DNA from: Candidatus Staskawiczbacteria bacterium
Lineage (GTDB): Bacteria > Patescibacteriota > Minisyncoccia > Minisyncoccales > Staskawiczbacteraceae
DNA length: 48,931 bases
Assembly (NCBI GenBank): GCA_049513595.1
Contig: JBEKVX010000001.1
Span: 1 to 48,931, forward strand
Direction of reading: 5' to 3'
In this document: positions 6,531-14,933 of the stretch, in pieces
Numbering within the stretch: position 1 is the stretch's first letter
Layout: every line of letters starts with the position of its first letter
Notes under the pieces: model-generated
Database searches by the model: none
What the model saw: only the letters and a program-made list of their open reading frames with translations
Told to the model about the DNA's origin: nothing
Position numbers and translations under genes: made by a program

Positions 6531-8390
6531 ATGTCAAAAATACTTGGTATAGATCTTGGTACTACTTTTTCCGCCATGGCGGTTGTTGAGGGCGGGGAAG
6601 CAAAAATTGTGGAGAATAAGGAGGGGGCGAGGACTACGCCGTCAATCGTGGCGATTACGAAATCGGGAGAACGGGTTGTTGGCGTTCTTGCAAAAAGGCA
6701 GGCGGTGACAAATCCGCAGAATACAATTTTTTCGGTTAAGCGTTTAATTGGCAGAAAATTTTCTGATGCGGAGGTGCAGAGAGACAAAAAATTATTGCCC
6801 TATGAAATTAAAGAAGCCAAAGACGGAGGCGTGGAAGTAAAAATGGGAGATAAATTTTATAATCCTGCTGAAATTTCGGCTATGATTTTGCAAAAATTAA
6901 AAGCAGATGCCGAAGCAAAGCTTGGAGAAACAATTTCTGAAGCAATTATTACTTGCCCGGCATATTTTGATGACTCGCAAAGGAAGGCAACGAAAGTTGC
7001 AGGAGAAATTGCAGGATTTGTTGTAAAAAGAGTTATCAATGAACCGACTGCGGCGGCTTTGGCTTATGGATTGAACAAAAAGAAAGATGAAAAAATTGTT
7101 GTGTATGACTTTGGCGGAGGAACTTTTGATATTTCTATTTTGGATGTGGGAGCCGACACAGTTGAAGTTAAAGCAACCGGCGGAGACACGCATTTGGGCG
7201 GAGATGATTTTGACCAGCGAATTATGGATTGGGTTGTAAAAGAATTTAAAAAAGACAATGGAGTTGATTTGTCAAAAGATAATTTGGCTTTGCAAAGAAT
7301 AAAAGAAGCAGCTGAAAAAGCAAAAATTGAGTTGTCGTCTTCTTTGGAAACAGAAATTAACTTGCCGTTTATAACTTCTGATGCTTCCGGTCCAAAACAT
7401 TTGTTGCTGAAATTAAAAAGAGCCCAACTGGAAGAAATGGTGGCCGATTACATTGATAAATCAATTGATTTGGTGAAAAAAACAATGAAGGAAGCCGGGC
7501 TTGAACCAAAACAAATAAATGAAGTCGTATTGGTTGGAGGGCAGACCAGAATGCCAAAAATGATTGAAGAAGTTAAAAAATATTTTGGCAAAGAACCCAA
7601 CAAAGAAGTAAATCCAGACGAAGTTGTGGCAATTGGAGCCGCAGTGCAAGGCGGAATTATGCAAGGCGAAGTGCGGGATGTTTTATTACTGGATGTGACG
7701 CCATTGTCATTGGGAATTGAAACATTTGGCGGAGTCAACACAATTTTGATTGCAAAAAACACAACTGTGCCGACTGCCAAAAACCAAATTTTTTCAACGG
7801 CGGCGGACAGCCAGACAAGTGTTGAAGTCCATGTTTTGCAGGGCGAACGTCCAATGGCGCAAGACAACAAAACTCTTGGACGATTTATTTTGGACGGAAT
7901 TCCGCCCGCTCCAAGGGGCTTGCCGCAAATTGAAGTAAGTTTTGACATTGACGCAAACGGAATTTTAAATGTTTCGGCAAAAGATAAGGCAACAGGGAAG
8001 TCCCAGTCAATTAAAATTGAGGGGTCTAGCGGAATTTCAAAAGAAGAAGTTGAGCGCATGAAAAAAGATGCGGAAATGCACGCAGCCGACGACAAAAAGA
8101 AACAAGAAACAATTGAAATAAAAAATACCGCCGACGCCCTGGTTTACACCTGCGAAAAGACATTAAAAGATTCTGCTGATAAAATTAAACCGGAAGATAA
8201 AAAAGAAGTTGAGGATAAAATTGCTAGCTTGAAAGACGCGCAAAAAAGTGATAATATAGAAGAAATTAAGTCAAAGACAAAAGATTTGTCGGAATTAATC
8301 CAAAAAATAGGAGCGGAATTGTATAAAGAACAACCAAAAAAAGATGGCGACGAGCCAAAAGCCGAAGAAGGAAAATACACAGAGAAATAG
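6531..8390 (+). CDS. dnaK: Molecular chaperone DnaK (Hsp70)
   Basis: [17 protein letters not shown] and [10 protein letters not shown] signatures; 619 aa. Confidence 0.98.
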   Translation: MSKILGIDLGTTFSAMAVVEGGEAKIVENKEGARTTPSIVAITKSGERVVGVLAKRQAVTNPQNTIFSVKRLIGRKFSDAEVQRDKKLLPYEIKEAKDGGVEVKMGDKFYNPAEISAMILQKLKADAEAKLGETISEAIITCPAYFDDSQRKATKVAGEIAGFVVKRVINEPTAAALAYGLNKKKDEKIVVYDFGGGTFDISILDVGADTVEVKATGGDTHLGGDDFDQRIMDWVVKEFKKDNGVDLSKDNLALQRIKEAAEKAKIELSSSLETEINLPFITSDASGPKHLLLKLKRAQLEEMVADYIDKSIDLVKKTMKEAGLEPKQINEVVLVGGQTRMPKMIEEVKKYFGKEPNKEVNPDEVVAIGAAVQGGIMQGEVRDVLLLDVTPLSLGIETFGGVNTILIAKNTTVPTAKNQIFSTAADSQTSVEVHVLQGERPMAQDNKTLGRFILDGIPPAPRGLPQIEVSFDIDANGILNVSAKDKATGKSQSIKIEGSSGISKEEVERMKKDAEMHAADDKKKQETIEIKNTADALVYTCEKTLKDSADKIKPEDKKEVEDKIASLKDAQKSDNIEEIKSKTKDLSELIQKIGAELYKEQPKKDGDEPKAEEGKYTEK

Positions 8391-8472
8391 TTTACTGGTT
8401 AACTGGTAGCTGGTTTGCTGGTTATTTTAAAAGCCAGAAAACTAGACAACCAGAAAACTAGTCAACCAGAAC
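8391..8472. repeat. Intergenic CTGGT x4 / ACCAG-AAAACTAG x2 repeat block
   Basis: The left half carries ctggt four times. The right half carries ccagaaaactagNc twice. The 16-mer at 8448-8463 is the exact reverse complement of 9568-9583. Confidence 0.6.
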
Positions 8473-8473
8473 A

Positions 8474-9553
8474 ATGGATTACTATGAAATTCTTGGAGTC
8501 ACTAAAAGTGCCTCGCAAGAGGATATAAAAAAAGCATTTCATAAACTGGCGCACAAATATCATCCGGACAAAGGCGGAGATGAAAAAAAGTTTAAGGAAA
8601 TAAATGAAGCGTACCAGGTTTTGTCTGACCAGCAAAAAAGAGCGCAGTACGACCAGTTTGGCCGTGTATTTGACCAAGGCCAGCCAGGTGGCGACCAGGG
8701 ATTTAATTGGGCATGGGGAAACAGACCTTCGGGAGAGGAATTTGAATTTGATTTTGGAGATATCGGAGACGTATTTTCTGAATTTTTTGGCGGTGGTAGG
8801 CCAAGAAGCAAAAAGGACTTAAGAAAAGGAAAAGATATACAGGTTGATGTTGAAATAAACTTAGAAAGAACGTTAAAAGAATCGGTTGAAAAAATAAATT
8901 TAACAAAATATGTTGTCTGCCACAGATGTAGTGGGGCGGGAGCGGAACCGGGCAGCAAAGTAAAAGAATGTTTTTCTTGCAGAGGAACAGGACAGGTTCA
9001 GCAGGTTCAGAAAACCGTCTTTGGGTCTTACACGACTTTAGCAACTTGTCCGGAATGCAAAGGCGAAGGAACAATTCCCGAAAAGCCATGCAATGTTTGT
9101 AAAGGTGAAGGCAGAATAAAAGGCCAAGAAACGATTGAAGTGCGCATTCCGGCCGGAATTGACACAAACCAAGTCATAAGAGTTGATGGCAAGGGCGAGG
9201 CAGGAAAAAAAGGAGCCAAATCAGGAAATTTATTTTTGAGAATATTTATAAAACAACATTCTATTTTTGAGAGAAGGGGAGACGACTTGTTTTGCCAGAC
9301 GGAAATTAATTTTTCGCAGGCAGCACTGGGCGACGAAATTGAAATGAAAACATTGGAAGGAACAAATATTTTGCTGCAAGTGCAGGAGGGGACCGAATCA
9401 GGAAAGGTTTTAAGAATTTCAGGAAAAGGGATTCCGCATTTTGGCGGGTATGGCAGAGGAAATTTGTATATTGAATTAAAAATCAAAACACCGCGAAAAT
9501 TATCCAGAAAACAAAAAGAATTATTTGAAAAATTGAAAGAAGAGGGGATGTAG
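8474..9553 (+). CDS. dnaJ: Co-chaperone DnaJ
   Basis: J domain with HPD (KYHPDKGG), a G/F region and four CxxCxGxG zinc-finger repeats. Confidence 0.97.
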   Translation: MDYYEILGVTKSASQEDIKKAFHKLAHKYHPDKGGDEKKFKEINEAYQVLSDQQKRAQYDQFGRVFDQGQPGGDQGFNWAWGNRPSGEEFEFDFGDIGDVFSEFFGGGRPRSKKDLRKGKDIQVDVEINLERTLKESVEKINLTKYVVCHRCSGAGAEPGSKVKECFSCRGTGQVQQVQKTVFGSYTTLATCPECKGEGTIPEKPCNVCKGEGRIKGQETIEVRIPAGIDTNQVIRVDGKGEAGKKGAKSGNLFLRIFIKQHSIFERRGDDLFCQTEINFSQAALGDEIEMKTLEGTNILLQVQEGTESGKVLRISGKGIPHFGGYGRGNLYIELKIKTPRKLSRKQKELFEKLKEEGM

Positions 9554-9597
9554 TTAGTTGACTGGCTGACTAGTTTTCTGGTTAGCTGGTTTAAAAA
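9554..9597. repeat. CTGG/CTAG-word repeat block, inverted partner of 8391-8472
   Basis: gactagttttctggtt at 9568-9583. Confidence 0.55.
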
Positions 9598-9966
9598 ATG
9601 GGGACATACAAAGATTTAGATGTTTTTAAAAGATCCTACAAATTGGCAATAGAAATGCATCAGTTTTCCCTGAAATTACCAAAAACTTTTCAGTACGATT
9701 TATCAGACCAAATTAGAAGAGCTTCTCGGTCTATTCCTTCAAATATAGCAGAAGGATATAGCAGGAATAAATCTTTCAAGGACAAAGTAAATTTCTTAAA
9801 TACCGCACTAGGGTCAAACGAAGAAGTATTATTCAATTTGGATTTTATAAAAGATTCTGACATGGTTGATAATAAGGATATCGACAAATTCCGCCAAGAA
9901 TATGTTATTTGTGGTAAACAACTTAACAATTTGATAAAAAGTTTAAAACCGGCGAACGAAAACTAG
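9598..9966 (+). CDS. Four-helix-bundle protein (the family often encoded in 23S rRNA intervening sequences)
   Basis: 122 aa with the motif pattern DLxV...L..Q.RRAS.SI..NIAEGY.R....D...FL..ALGS..E. Confidence 0.75.
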   Translation: MGTYKDLDVFKRSYKLAIEMHQFSLKLPKTFQYDLSDQIRRASRSIPSNIAEGYSRNKSFKDKVNFLNTALGSNEEVLFNLDFIKDSDMVDNKDIDKFRQEYVICGKQLNNLIKSLKPANEN

Positions 9967-9995
9967 ATAACTAGACAACTAGCAAACTAAAATTC

Positions 9996-10068
9996 GCCCT
10001 TGTAGCTCAATTGGTAGAGCAGTTCCCTTTTAAGGAATTGGTTCCGAGTTCGAGTCTCGGCAAGGGCA
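9996..10068 (+). tRNA. tRNA-Lys (anticodon UUU)
   Basis: Canonical cloverleaf: GCCCTTG/CAAGGGC, anticodon loop CTTTTAA, T loop TTCGAGT. 73 nt, no encoded CCA. Confidence 0.9.
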
Positions 10069-10071
10069 CAA

Positions 10072-10239
10072 ATTAAAAAACATTGTCGCAGATGATGTTT
10101 TTTAATTTGTGATTTAGTGCGAGATGAGAACTCCAAGGAGGGGTCGGGAGGAAAGCATTTCCTCCTGTGTAGGAAATTATTCAAAACCGAGGGTTTTGAA
10201 GGAGCGAACTTGCAGTTCGCGACGAGTTCTAGCGGAGCG
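10072..10239. mobile_element. 168-bp insert bracketed by a 20-bp duplication of the tRNA-Lys 3' end (remnant of a tRNA-targeting integrative element?)
   Basis: It lies between identical copies of gagtctcggcaagggcacaa (10052-10071 and 10240-10259). It has its own hairpin plus T run, then three GC-rich hairpins. Confidence 0.4.
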
Positions 10240-10259
10240 GAGTCTCGGCAAGGGCACAA
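10240..10259 (+). repeat. Displaced duplicate of the tRNA-Lys 3' end (att-like direct repeat)
   Basis: 20/20 identity with 10052-10071. A terminator follows at 10271-10295. Confidence 0.8.
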
Positions 10260-10270
10260 TGAATATAAAA

Positions 10271-10295
10271 ATATACCCTTATGGGTATATTTTTT
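10271..10295 (+). terminator. Intrinsic terminator (probably the original tRNA-Lys terminator)
   Basis: atataccc-ttat-gggtatat followed by a T run. Confidence 0.65.
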
Positions 10296-10366
10296 ATTTG
10301 CTTTTTTATTTTTTTGGAATAAGATTAAAAAAACATCTGCAACTTGTCAACATGAAAGGATATGCC

Positions 10367-11251
10367 ATGATACGACTTTCTAATGGTGTTGAGTTTGAGT
10401 ACGTAAATGCCAGCGGGGCCTTAAACTACGATGGCAACGGTTATCTGCCCGAACAGCCACTGCGCATGACCGGCTATCTAAATTCGTCGCTTCCTCGTTC
10501 CATAACCATTGCCAAGTCCCTGACGTTTAACCCAAACAAGGGAAACTTCAAATGGTACTGGCCGTGGGGATGTATCCGGCCGATTTGGGATGGCGGAGAA
10601 ATTATCGGAGTCCACAACGCCTACGGGCTCACCAATCCCGGGTACCTGCGGTGGTGCAGAAAAATCGGGTCGCGCGTTGATTCTTCAAAAATCCGGCTTG
10701 CTGTTTCCATTTGCGGCGAGCCAGACGAACTGGCAGAGATGGCGGCAGCGGTCAGCGATTTCGATATCGTCGCGGTTGAAGTCAACGTCGGCTGCCCGAA
10801 CACAAAGGGTGGCGTCAAGCTTAACCCCGGGAAAATAATTGAATCCTGCCACAAGGTCAAGAGCCGCACGCAAAAACCAGTTTTCCTGAAGGTTTCTGTT
10901 GCGCACCAAGGCGTGATGCCAGAAATCCTAAAAGGAATTGAAGACGTTGTTGAAGTTTTGGAAATCAACAGCGTTCCTTGGGACATGGTTTTTCCAGGCC
11001 GGAAAAGCCCGCTTGCAAAGTTTGGCGGCGGGGCAGTGTCTGGAAAAATCGTTCAGCGCATTACCTGGCCATTTGCAGAACTGCTTACGAGCATGACGCA
11101 AATTCCGGTGGTCTGGCCCAGCATGTGGGATTACAGCGACATCGGGTTGGTGGAAAAAGTAGGCGCCCAAGCCAAGAGCTTCGGGTCGGTTTACACTTTC
11201 CACCCATGGCGACCGACTGCATTCATCAGGAGAAAAGAAAAAAGTCGGTAG
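10367..11251 (+). CDS. Dihydroorotate-dehydrogenase-like TIM-barrel protein (divergent)
   Basis: NASG, NAYGLTNPG, VEVNVGCPNTKGG, FLKVSV and GGGAVSG motifs resemble class-1 DHOD-family enzymes. The usual C-terminal GGI FMN-binding motif was not seen. Start chosen after AAAGGA; ATG 10352 is also possible. Confidence 0.55.
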   Translation: MIRLSNGVEFEYVNASGALNYDGNGYLPEQPLRMTGYLNSSLPRSITIAKSLTFNPNKGNFKWYWPWGCIRPIWDGGEIIGVHNAYGLTNPGYLRWCRKIGSRVDSSKIRLAVSICGEPDELAEMAAAVSDFDIVAVEVNVGCPNTKGGVKLNPGKIIESCHKVKSRTQKPVFLKVSVAHQGVMPEILKGIEDVVEVLEINSVPWDMVFPGRKSPLAKFGGGAVSGKIVQRITWPFAELLTSMTQIPVVWPSMWDYSDIGLVEKVGAQAKSFGSVYTFHPWRPTAFIRRKEKSR

Positions 11252-11257
11252 TCAAAA

Positions 11258-11279
11258 ACAGCAGGGATGCTGTTTTTTT
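11258..11279 (+). terminator. Intrinsic terminator
   Basis: acagca-ggga-tgctgt followed by a T run. Confidence 0.7.
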
Positions 11280-11295
11280 ATCTTACTTTGAAAGA

Positions 11296-11324
11296 TTGAC
11301 AAGCGTTGTCAAGTATGCTATGAA
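11296..11324 (+). promoter_or_regulatory. Promoter (TTGACA-17-TATGAA) with a perfect palindrome over the -35 box
   Basis: TTGACAAgcgTTGTCAA lies at 11296-11312, a 7-bp inverted repeat. Confidence 0.55.
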
Positions 11325-11408
11325 TAATATATTGAGGGTGAGTATTCCCTTATCCTACTAGGGGGAAATGCCTAGAAATAATAGCACTTTTTTTAGAAGG
11401 ATTCAATC

Positions 11409-11954
11409 ATGAAACAGATTGCCGACGGACTGTACGCGGTTGTCGAGGGGATGCCTTGCTCGCCGGATCAACTCAAAATTGTGCCGCACTCGTGCCCCGG
11501 CGCATTAGGCCGGGCCGAGATTGAGGAGGTGGCGGCGCGCGTGCTGCACTTCTCTATGGAGAACGGCCGATGGGTCGGAGTGACCTGGCGGAAGCTCGTG
11601 GCTCAACTGATTACTGAGCATGATGCCGACCAGAAGCTCGCGGTTGCCAACTCCCACAACTTCGAGGAGTATCTGCGGGTGCAAAAGGCGCGGGAGAATT
11701 ACTATGCGCTCTGCGTTCTCACCCTGGGCCTGTACGCCCTGTTCGTGAGCCGGCCCGAGCCCAACTTGATGCCGGTGCCTCAGGTTGACCTGCCGTTGAG
11801 CTTGGTGCCCATCAAGGGTCCCGACTTCATTCCTGAAGCCATCAGAACACTGCTGGACAGCGGACTCCTGCGGCAAGGGAAAAACAACGGGGACGAAGTT
11901 CTCTTTCCTACGTCGCACCTGGTCAACAAGATTATGGCGGCGCAAGCCGCCTGA
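11409..11954 (+). CDS. Hypothetical protein (181 aa, GC-rich)
   Basis: Clean ORF with codon-position GC bias. The antisense ORF 11505-11945 is its shadow. No family recognised. Confidence 0.6.
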   Translation: MKQIADGLYAVVEGMPCSPDQLKIVPHSCPGALGRAEIEEVAARVLHFSMENGRWVGVTWRKLVAQLITEHDADQKLAVANSHNFEEYLRVQKARENYYALCVLTLGLYALFVSRPEPNLMPVPQVDLPLSLVPIKGPDFIPEAIRTLLDSGLLRQGKNNGDEVLFPTSHLVNKIMAAQAA

Positions 11955-11990
11955 TCAAGCAGAGAGCCATGCTCTCCGCCGAACTACTAG

Positions 11991-12027
11991 GCCGCGGAAT
12001 CCTACGGATTGCCGCGGCTGTTTATTT
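11991..12027 (+). terminator. Intrinsic terminator
   Basis: gccgcggaatcc-tac-ggattgccgcggc followed by a T-rich tail. Confidence 0.55.
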
Positions 12028-12038
12028 ACATTAAAATA

Positions 12039-12066
12039 TTGACAAATAAAATATTTGATATATAAT
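12039..12066 (+). promoter_or_regulatory. Promoter (TTGACA-16-TATAAT)
   Basis: Consensus hexamers at 12039-12044 and 12061-12066. Confidence 0.6.
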
Positions 12067-12118
12067 GTAAATAGTTATTGACAGGTGAATACGGACAAAC
12101 ATAAACGAGGGTGATACA

Positions 12119-12613
12119 ATGAATCGTCCACCAATAGTTCGTAGTTGCGGGGGTTGCAACGCCTGTTGCAAAACTCACATAGCTGACGGGATGAAAAGGC
12201 AAGGGGGCGAATACTGCGATCATTGCCAGATTGGACAGGGATGTTTAATCTACGGCAATCATCCATTTGCATGCAGGGACTACCGCTGCATTTGGGCATG
12301 TGGCAAGAGCCAGGAATGTGACCGCCCCGACCGGCTGAAAATTGTCATGGACGGACGCATGCAAGGTTTTCAAGGGATGAAAGTTATGGTGCTGAACTTT
12401 TGGGAAGCAGAAGAGGGAGCCATAAATCAGCCTCGGGTGCAGCTGTTCATGCAAGCTAACATCGAGGCGGGGTTTGTCGCTGTCCATCGTCCATACAAGG
12501 GCAAGCCCGTGTTCCATTTCCCAGAAGGAATGTTTTCAGACGAAGAGCAACAGCTTTTCATAGACATCTTTGAACACTGGCATGGCCTAACGGATTGTGA
12601 TATTCTAGGATGA
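12119..12613 (+). CDS. YkgJ-like cysteine-cluster protein (CxxCxxCC putative Zn/Fe-chelating domain)
   Basis: N-terminal CGGCNACC plus further Cys (CDHC, CRDYRC). GAGGGTGA RBS. Confidence 0.55.
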   Translation: MNRPPIVRSCGGCNACCKTHIADGMKRQGGEYCDHCQIGQGCLIYGNHPFACRDYRCIWACGKSQECDRPDRLKIVMDGRMQGFQGMKVMVLNFWEAEEGAINQPRVQLFMQANIEAGFVAVHRPYKGKPVFHFPEGMFSDEEQQLFIDIFEHWHGLTDCDILG

Positions 12614-12650
12614 GCTGAAAAGCCATGTGTTGCTTCTCGTTTGACCAATG

Positions 12651-12686
12651 GGCCAGACGCTATCGCTGCGTCCGGCCTCTTTTTTT
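12651..12686 (+). terminator. Intrinsic terminator
   Basis: ggccagacgc-tatcgct-gcgtccggcc followed by a T run. Confidence 0.65.
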
Positions 12687-12720
12687 ATATTTATAGAATG
12701 TTAAAATATAGTGTACGACC

Positions 12721-13818
12721 ATGATAAACAAAGGCGTCGCCACATTTACATTGGATTATGGAAAGTGCCCGAAGTGGCTTTTTGACAGAATGGTTTTGCT
12801 TTCCAAAAGAATGATTTACGCGATTATTGCCGAAGAAGGGCCTGACGAATTTATAAAAAGAATTTCAGACCCTGTATGGTTTCAATCATTGGGAACTGTT
12901 TTGGCTTTTGATTGGAATGCATCTGGTTTAACAACAATTTTGACAGCGGCATTAAAAGAGGCAATTCGCGGAAGCGAAAGGGACTTAGGAATTTTTATTT
13001 GCGGGGGAAAAGGAAAAACATCGCTGAAGACGCCAGAGCAAATAATAAATTGGGCAGAAAGAATTGCCATGCCAGAAAAATCAGCTAATGCCTTGGTTTA
13101 TAATTCTAAAATGGCTGCCAAGGTTGACAGCTCGCTGGTTCAAGACGGATTTCAAATTTATCATCACAGTTTTTTCTTTTCAAAAAACGGCGCGTGGACA
13201 GTTGTCCAGCAGGGAATGAATATCCAGGAGCAATCAGCGAGAAGATACCACTGGTATTCAAAAGAAGTAAAGGACTTAATTGAAGAGCCGCATTCAGGAA
13301 TTACCAGCGATTTAAAAATAAAAAATGTTTTGAATATGACTGCCAACAAATCTAAAGAGAATAGGGGATTGAGCACTGAATTGGTCTCGCAAAGTTTTAA
13401 CACCTTGATGAAAGATATAACTTTATTGAGAAAATATTATACGCCGCTGTCACAAACTTTGTCGGTTCAAAAGGGAAAAGAACAACTAACCTTATTAAAT
13501 TTAGAAAACAAAGAATTTTATTGGCATCCGGTGGTGCACGAGGATTTTTCAAAATCAAAATATTTAGAAAAAATTTTGTGGCGATTGTGCGACCAGCAAC
13601 CGGGAAATTATGAAAAACTTTTGGCAACGCCGGGGGTTGGGCCCAAAACAATTCGGGCTTTGGCTTTGGTTGCTGAAGTAATTTATGGAGCAAAACCATC
13701 TTACGAAGACCCTGCGCGATATTCTTTTGCACATGGAGGAAAAGATGCCACACCATATCCGGTTGACCAGCCAACCTATGACCAGACCATAGAAAAGTTG
13801 AAATCTTTTATTAAATAA
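12721..13818 (+). CDS. DUF763-family protein
   Basis: The N-terminus GVATFTLDYGKCPKWLFDRMV resembles the conserved start of DUF763 proteins, from memory. There is a C-terminal HhH-like GVGPKTIRALALVAE. Confidence 0.55.
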   Translation: MINKGVATFTLDYGKCPKWLFDRMVLLSKRMIYAIIAEEGPDEFIKRISDPVWFQSLGTVLAFDWNASGLTTILTAALKEAIRGSERDLGIFICGGKGKTSLKTPEQIINWAERIAMPEKSANALVYNSKMAAKVDSSLVQDGFQIYHHSFFFSKNGAWTVVQQGMNIQEQSARRYHWYSKEVKDLIEEPHSGITSDLKIKNVLNMTANKSKENRGLSTELVSQSFNTLMKDITLLRKYYTPLSQTLSVQKGKEQLTLLNLENKEFYWHPVVHEDFSKSKYLEKILWRLCDQQPGNYEKLLATPGVGPKTIRALALVAEVIYGAKPSYEDPARYSFAHGGKDATPYPVDQPTYDQTIEKLKSFIK

Positions 13819-13864
13819 AGTAACATTAACGCCGGCGCTCATTGAAAAGAAAGGAGGCGCGTCA

Positions 13865-14617
13865 ATGAAAGCAAAAACGAAACAAACCGCGGCGGTGCTG
13901 TCGGAAGCAGCATCTGTGCTGCTATTCGCTTATCCTTTAGGATTGCTTCTAGGGCTTCTGGGGTTGGCTGGAAGAATGTGCGGAGCATTGAGGGTTCTGC
14001 ATCCTGAAAGATTGTCTTGCCTGGAAAAATTAAACAAGAAAATCCTTGTTGCCCCACATCCATCTTGGATTGACCCATTTTTAGTTGCCATTTTGATTGC
14101 CTGGTATTATGCCTTGCACCCGTTAAGGCATGCTCCACTCATTGTCGCCGATCGCTTGAATTTTTACGATTCCTGGTGGTTTTGGCCATTCAGGTCCGTA
14201 ATGGTTCCGGTTGACAGGGACAGCGACAGGAAAAAAGCAACTGCTCTTTTAAGGATAAAAAAAGCAGTTGACTTGGGCAGGCCGATAGTAATTTTTCCTG
14301 AAGGCGGAAGAACCTTCAAGGGAAAAGAAGGAGAATTTCTGTACAGCCAGCGGGGCAACAAAATAAGATTTTTGCAAGGAGGCATCGGACTTTTGGTTCG
14401 CAAGACAGAGGCAGCCGTAATTCCCATCGGGATCAAGGGCAGCGATAAAGCTTTCCCAAACTCAAGAGAGCGGCTGATAACCAAATTCGTTCCTTGGAAA
14501 AGAATAACAATCGCTGTTGGCGAACCAATGAGGTTTGATGCCAGCACTCCCAGAGAGCGCGTTACTCAAGAAATCGCCAGCACACTCCTGAAACTAATCG
14601 ATGAGGCATCTGCCTGA
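13865..14617 (+). CDS. Lysophospholipid (1-acyl-sn-glycerol-3-phosphate) acyltransferase family protein
   Basis: HX4D motif (HPSWID) and FPEGGRT motif. AAAGGAGG RBS. Confidence 0.75.
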   Translation: MKAKTKQTAAVLSEAASVLLFAYPLGLLLGLLGLAGRMCGALRVLHPERLSCLEKLNKKILVAPHPSWIDPFLVAILIAWYYALHPLRHAPLIVADRLNFYDSWWFWPFRSVMVPVDRDSDRKKATALLRIKKAVDLGRPIVIFPEGGRTFKGKEGEFLYSQRGNKIRFLQGGIGLLVRKTEAAVIPIGIKGSDKAFPNSRERLITKFVPWKRITIAVGEPMRFDASTPRERVTQEIASTLLKLIDEASA

Positions 14618-14663
14618 TATTGGCAGATGGAGTTCCGTGGCAAACGTGCTGCGGTTTTTTTTC

Positions 14664-14691
14664 TTGAAATTTTCGTAAAAAAAGATATAAT
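14664..14691 (+). promoter_or_regulatory. Promoter (TTGAAA-16-TATAAT) of tRNA-Ala
   Basis: Hexamers at 14664-14669 and 14686-14691. Related to P1 and P2. Confidence 0.6.
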
Positions 14692-14708
14692 AAAAATAGT
14701 GTTTGGCT

Positions 14709-14773
14709 CTCGACAAAATTTCTTTTAGAAATTTTGTCGAGCCCGACAAAAACTTTTTATAAAAAGTTTTTGT
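14709..14773 (+). repeat. Two consecutive perfect palindromes in the tRNA-Ala 5' leader
   Basis: ctcgacaaaatttct-ttt-agaaattttgtcgag at 14709-14741, and acaaaaacttttta/taaaaagtttttgt at 14746-14773. Both begin with CGACAAAA. Confidence 0.7.
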
Positions 14774-14777
14774 ATAG

Positions 14778-14851
14778 GGGCCCATAGTAAACCGGTATTA
14801 CGCCTCCATGGCATGGAGGAAGACGGGGTTCAATTCCCCGTGGGTCCACCA
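14778..14851 (+). tRNA. tRNA-Ala (anticodon GGC), CCA encoded
   Basis: Acceptor GGGCCCA/TGGGTCC with G3:U70, anticodon loop ATGGCAT, T loop TTCAATT, 3' ACCA. Confidence 0.9.
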
Positions 14852-14898
14852 AAATAAAAAGTACTCCCCCAAATAGAGTGTTTTTTTATTACCTGGGC

Positions 14899-14927
14899 TT
14901 GACAAGGGTTTTATATTGGAATATACT
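14899..14927 (+). promoter_or_regulatory. Promoter (TTGACA-17-TATACT)
   Basis: Hexamers at 14899-14904 and 14922-14927. Confidence 0.6.
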
Positions 14928-14933
14928 AATAAA

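Noticed and set aside
6476-9486. Numerous antisense or out-of-frame ORFs inside dnaK and dnaJ (for example 7448-8095 minus, 8703-9167 minus)
   Set aside because: They are shadow ORFs of strongly supported chaperone genes, with low-complexity translations.
8391-9994. CRISPR array
   Set aside because: The CTGGTT/AACTAG words and the ATTGTGCGACA copies (23055-26442) lack the regular repeat-spacer periodicity and repeat length of CRISPR. No cas genes are present.
10124-10366. Long N-terminal extension of the DHOD-like ORF
   Set aside because: It crosses the duplicated tRNA-Lys fragment, an intrinsic terminator and AT-rich promoter-like DNA. The recognisable domain starts after ATG 10352/10367.
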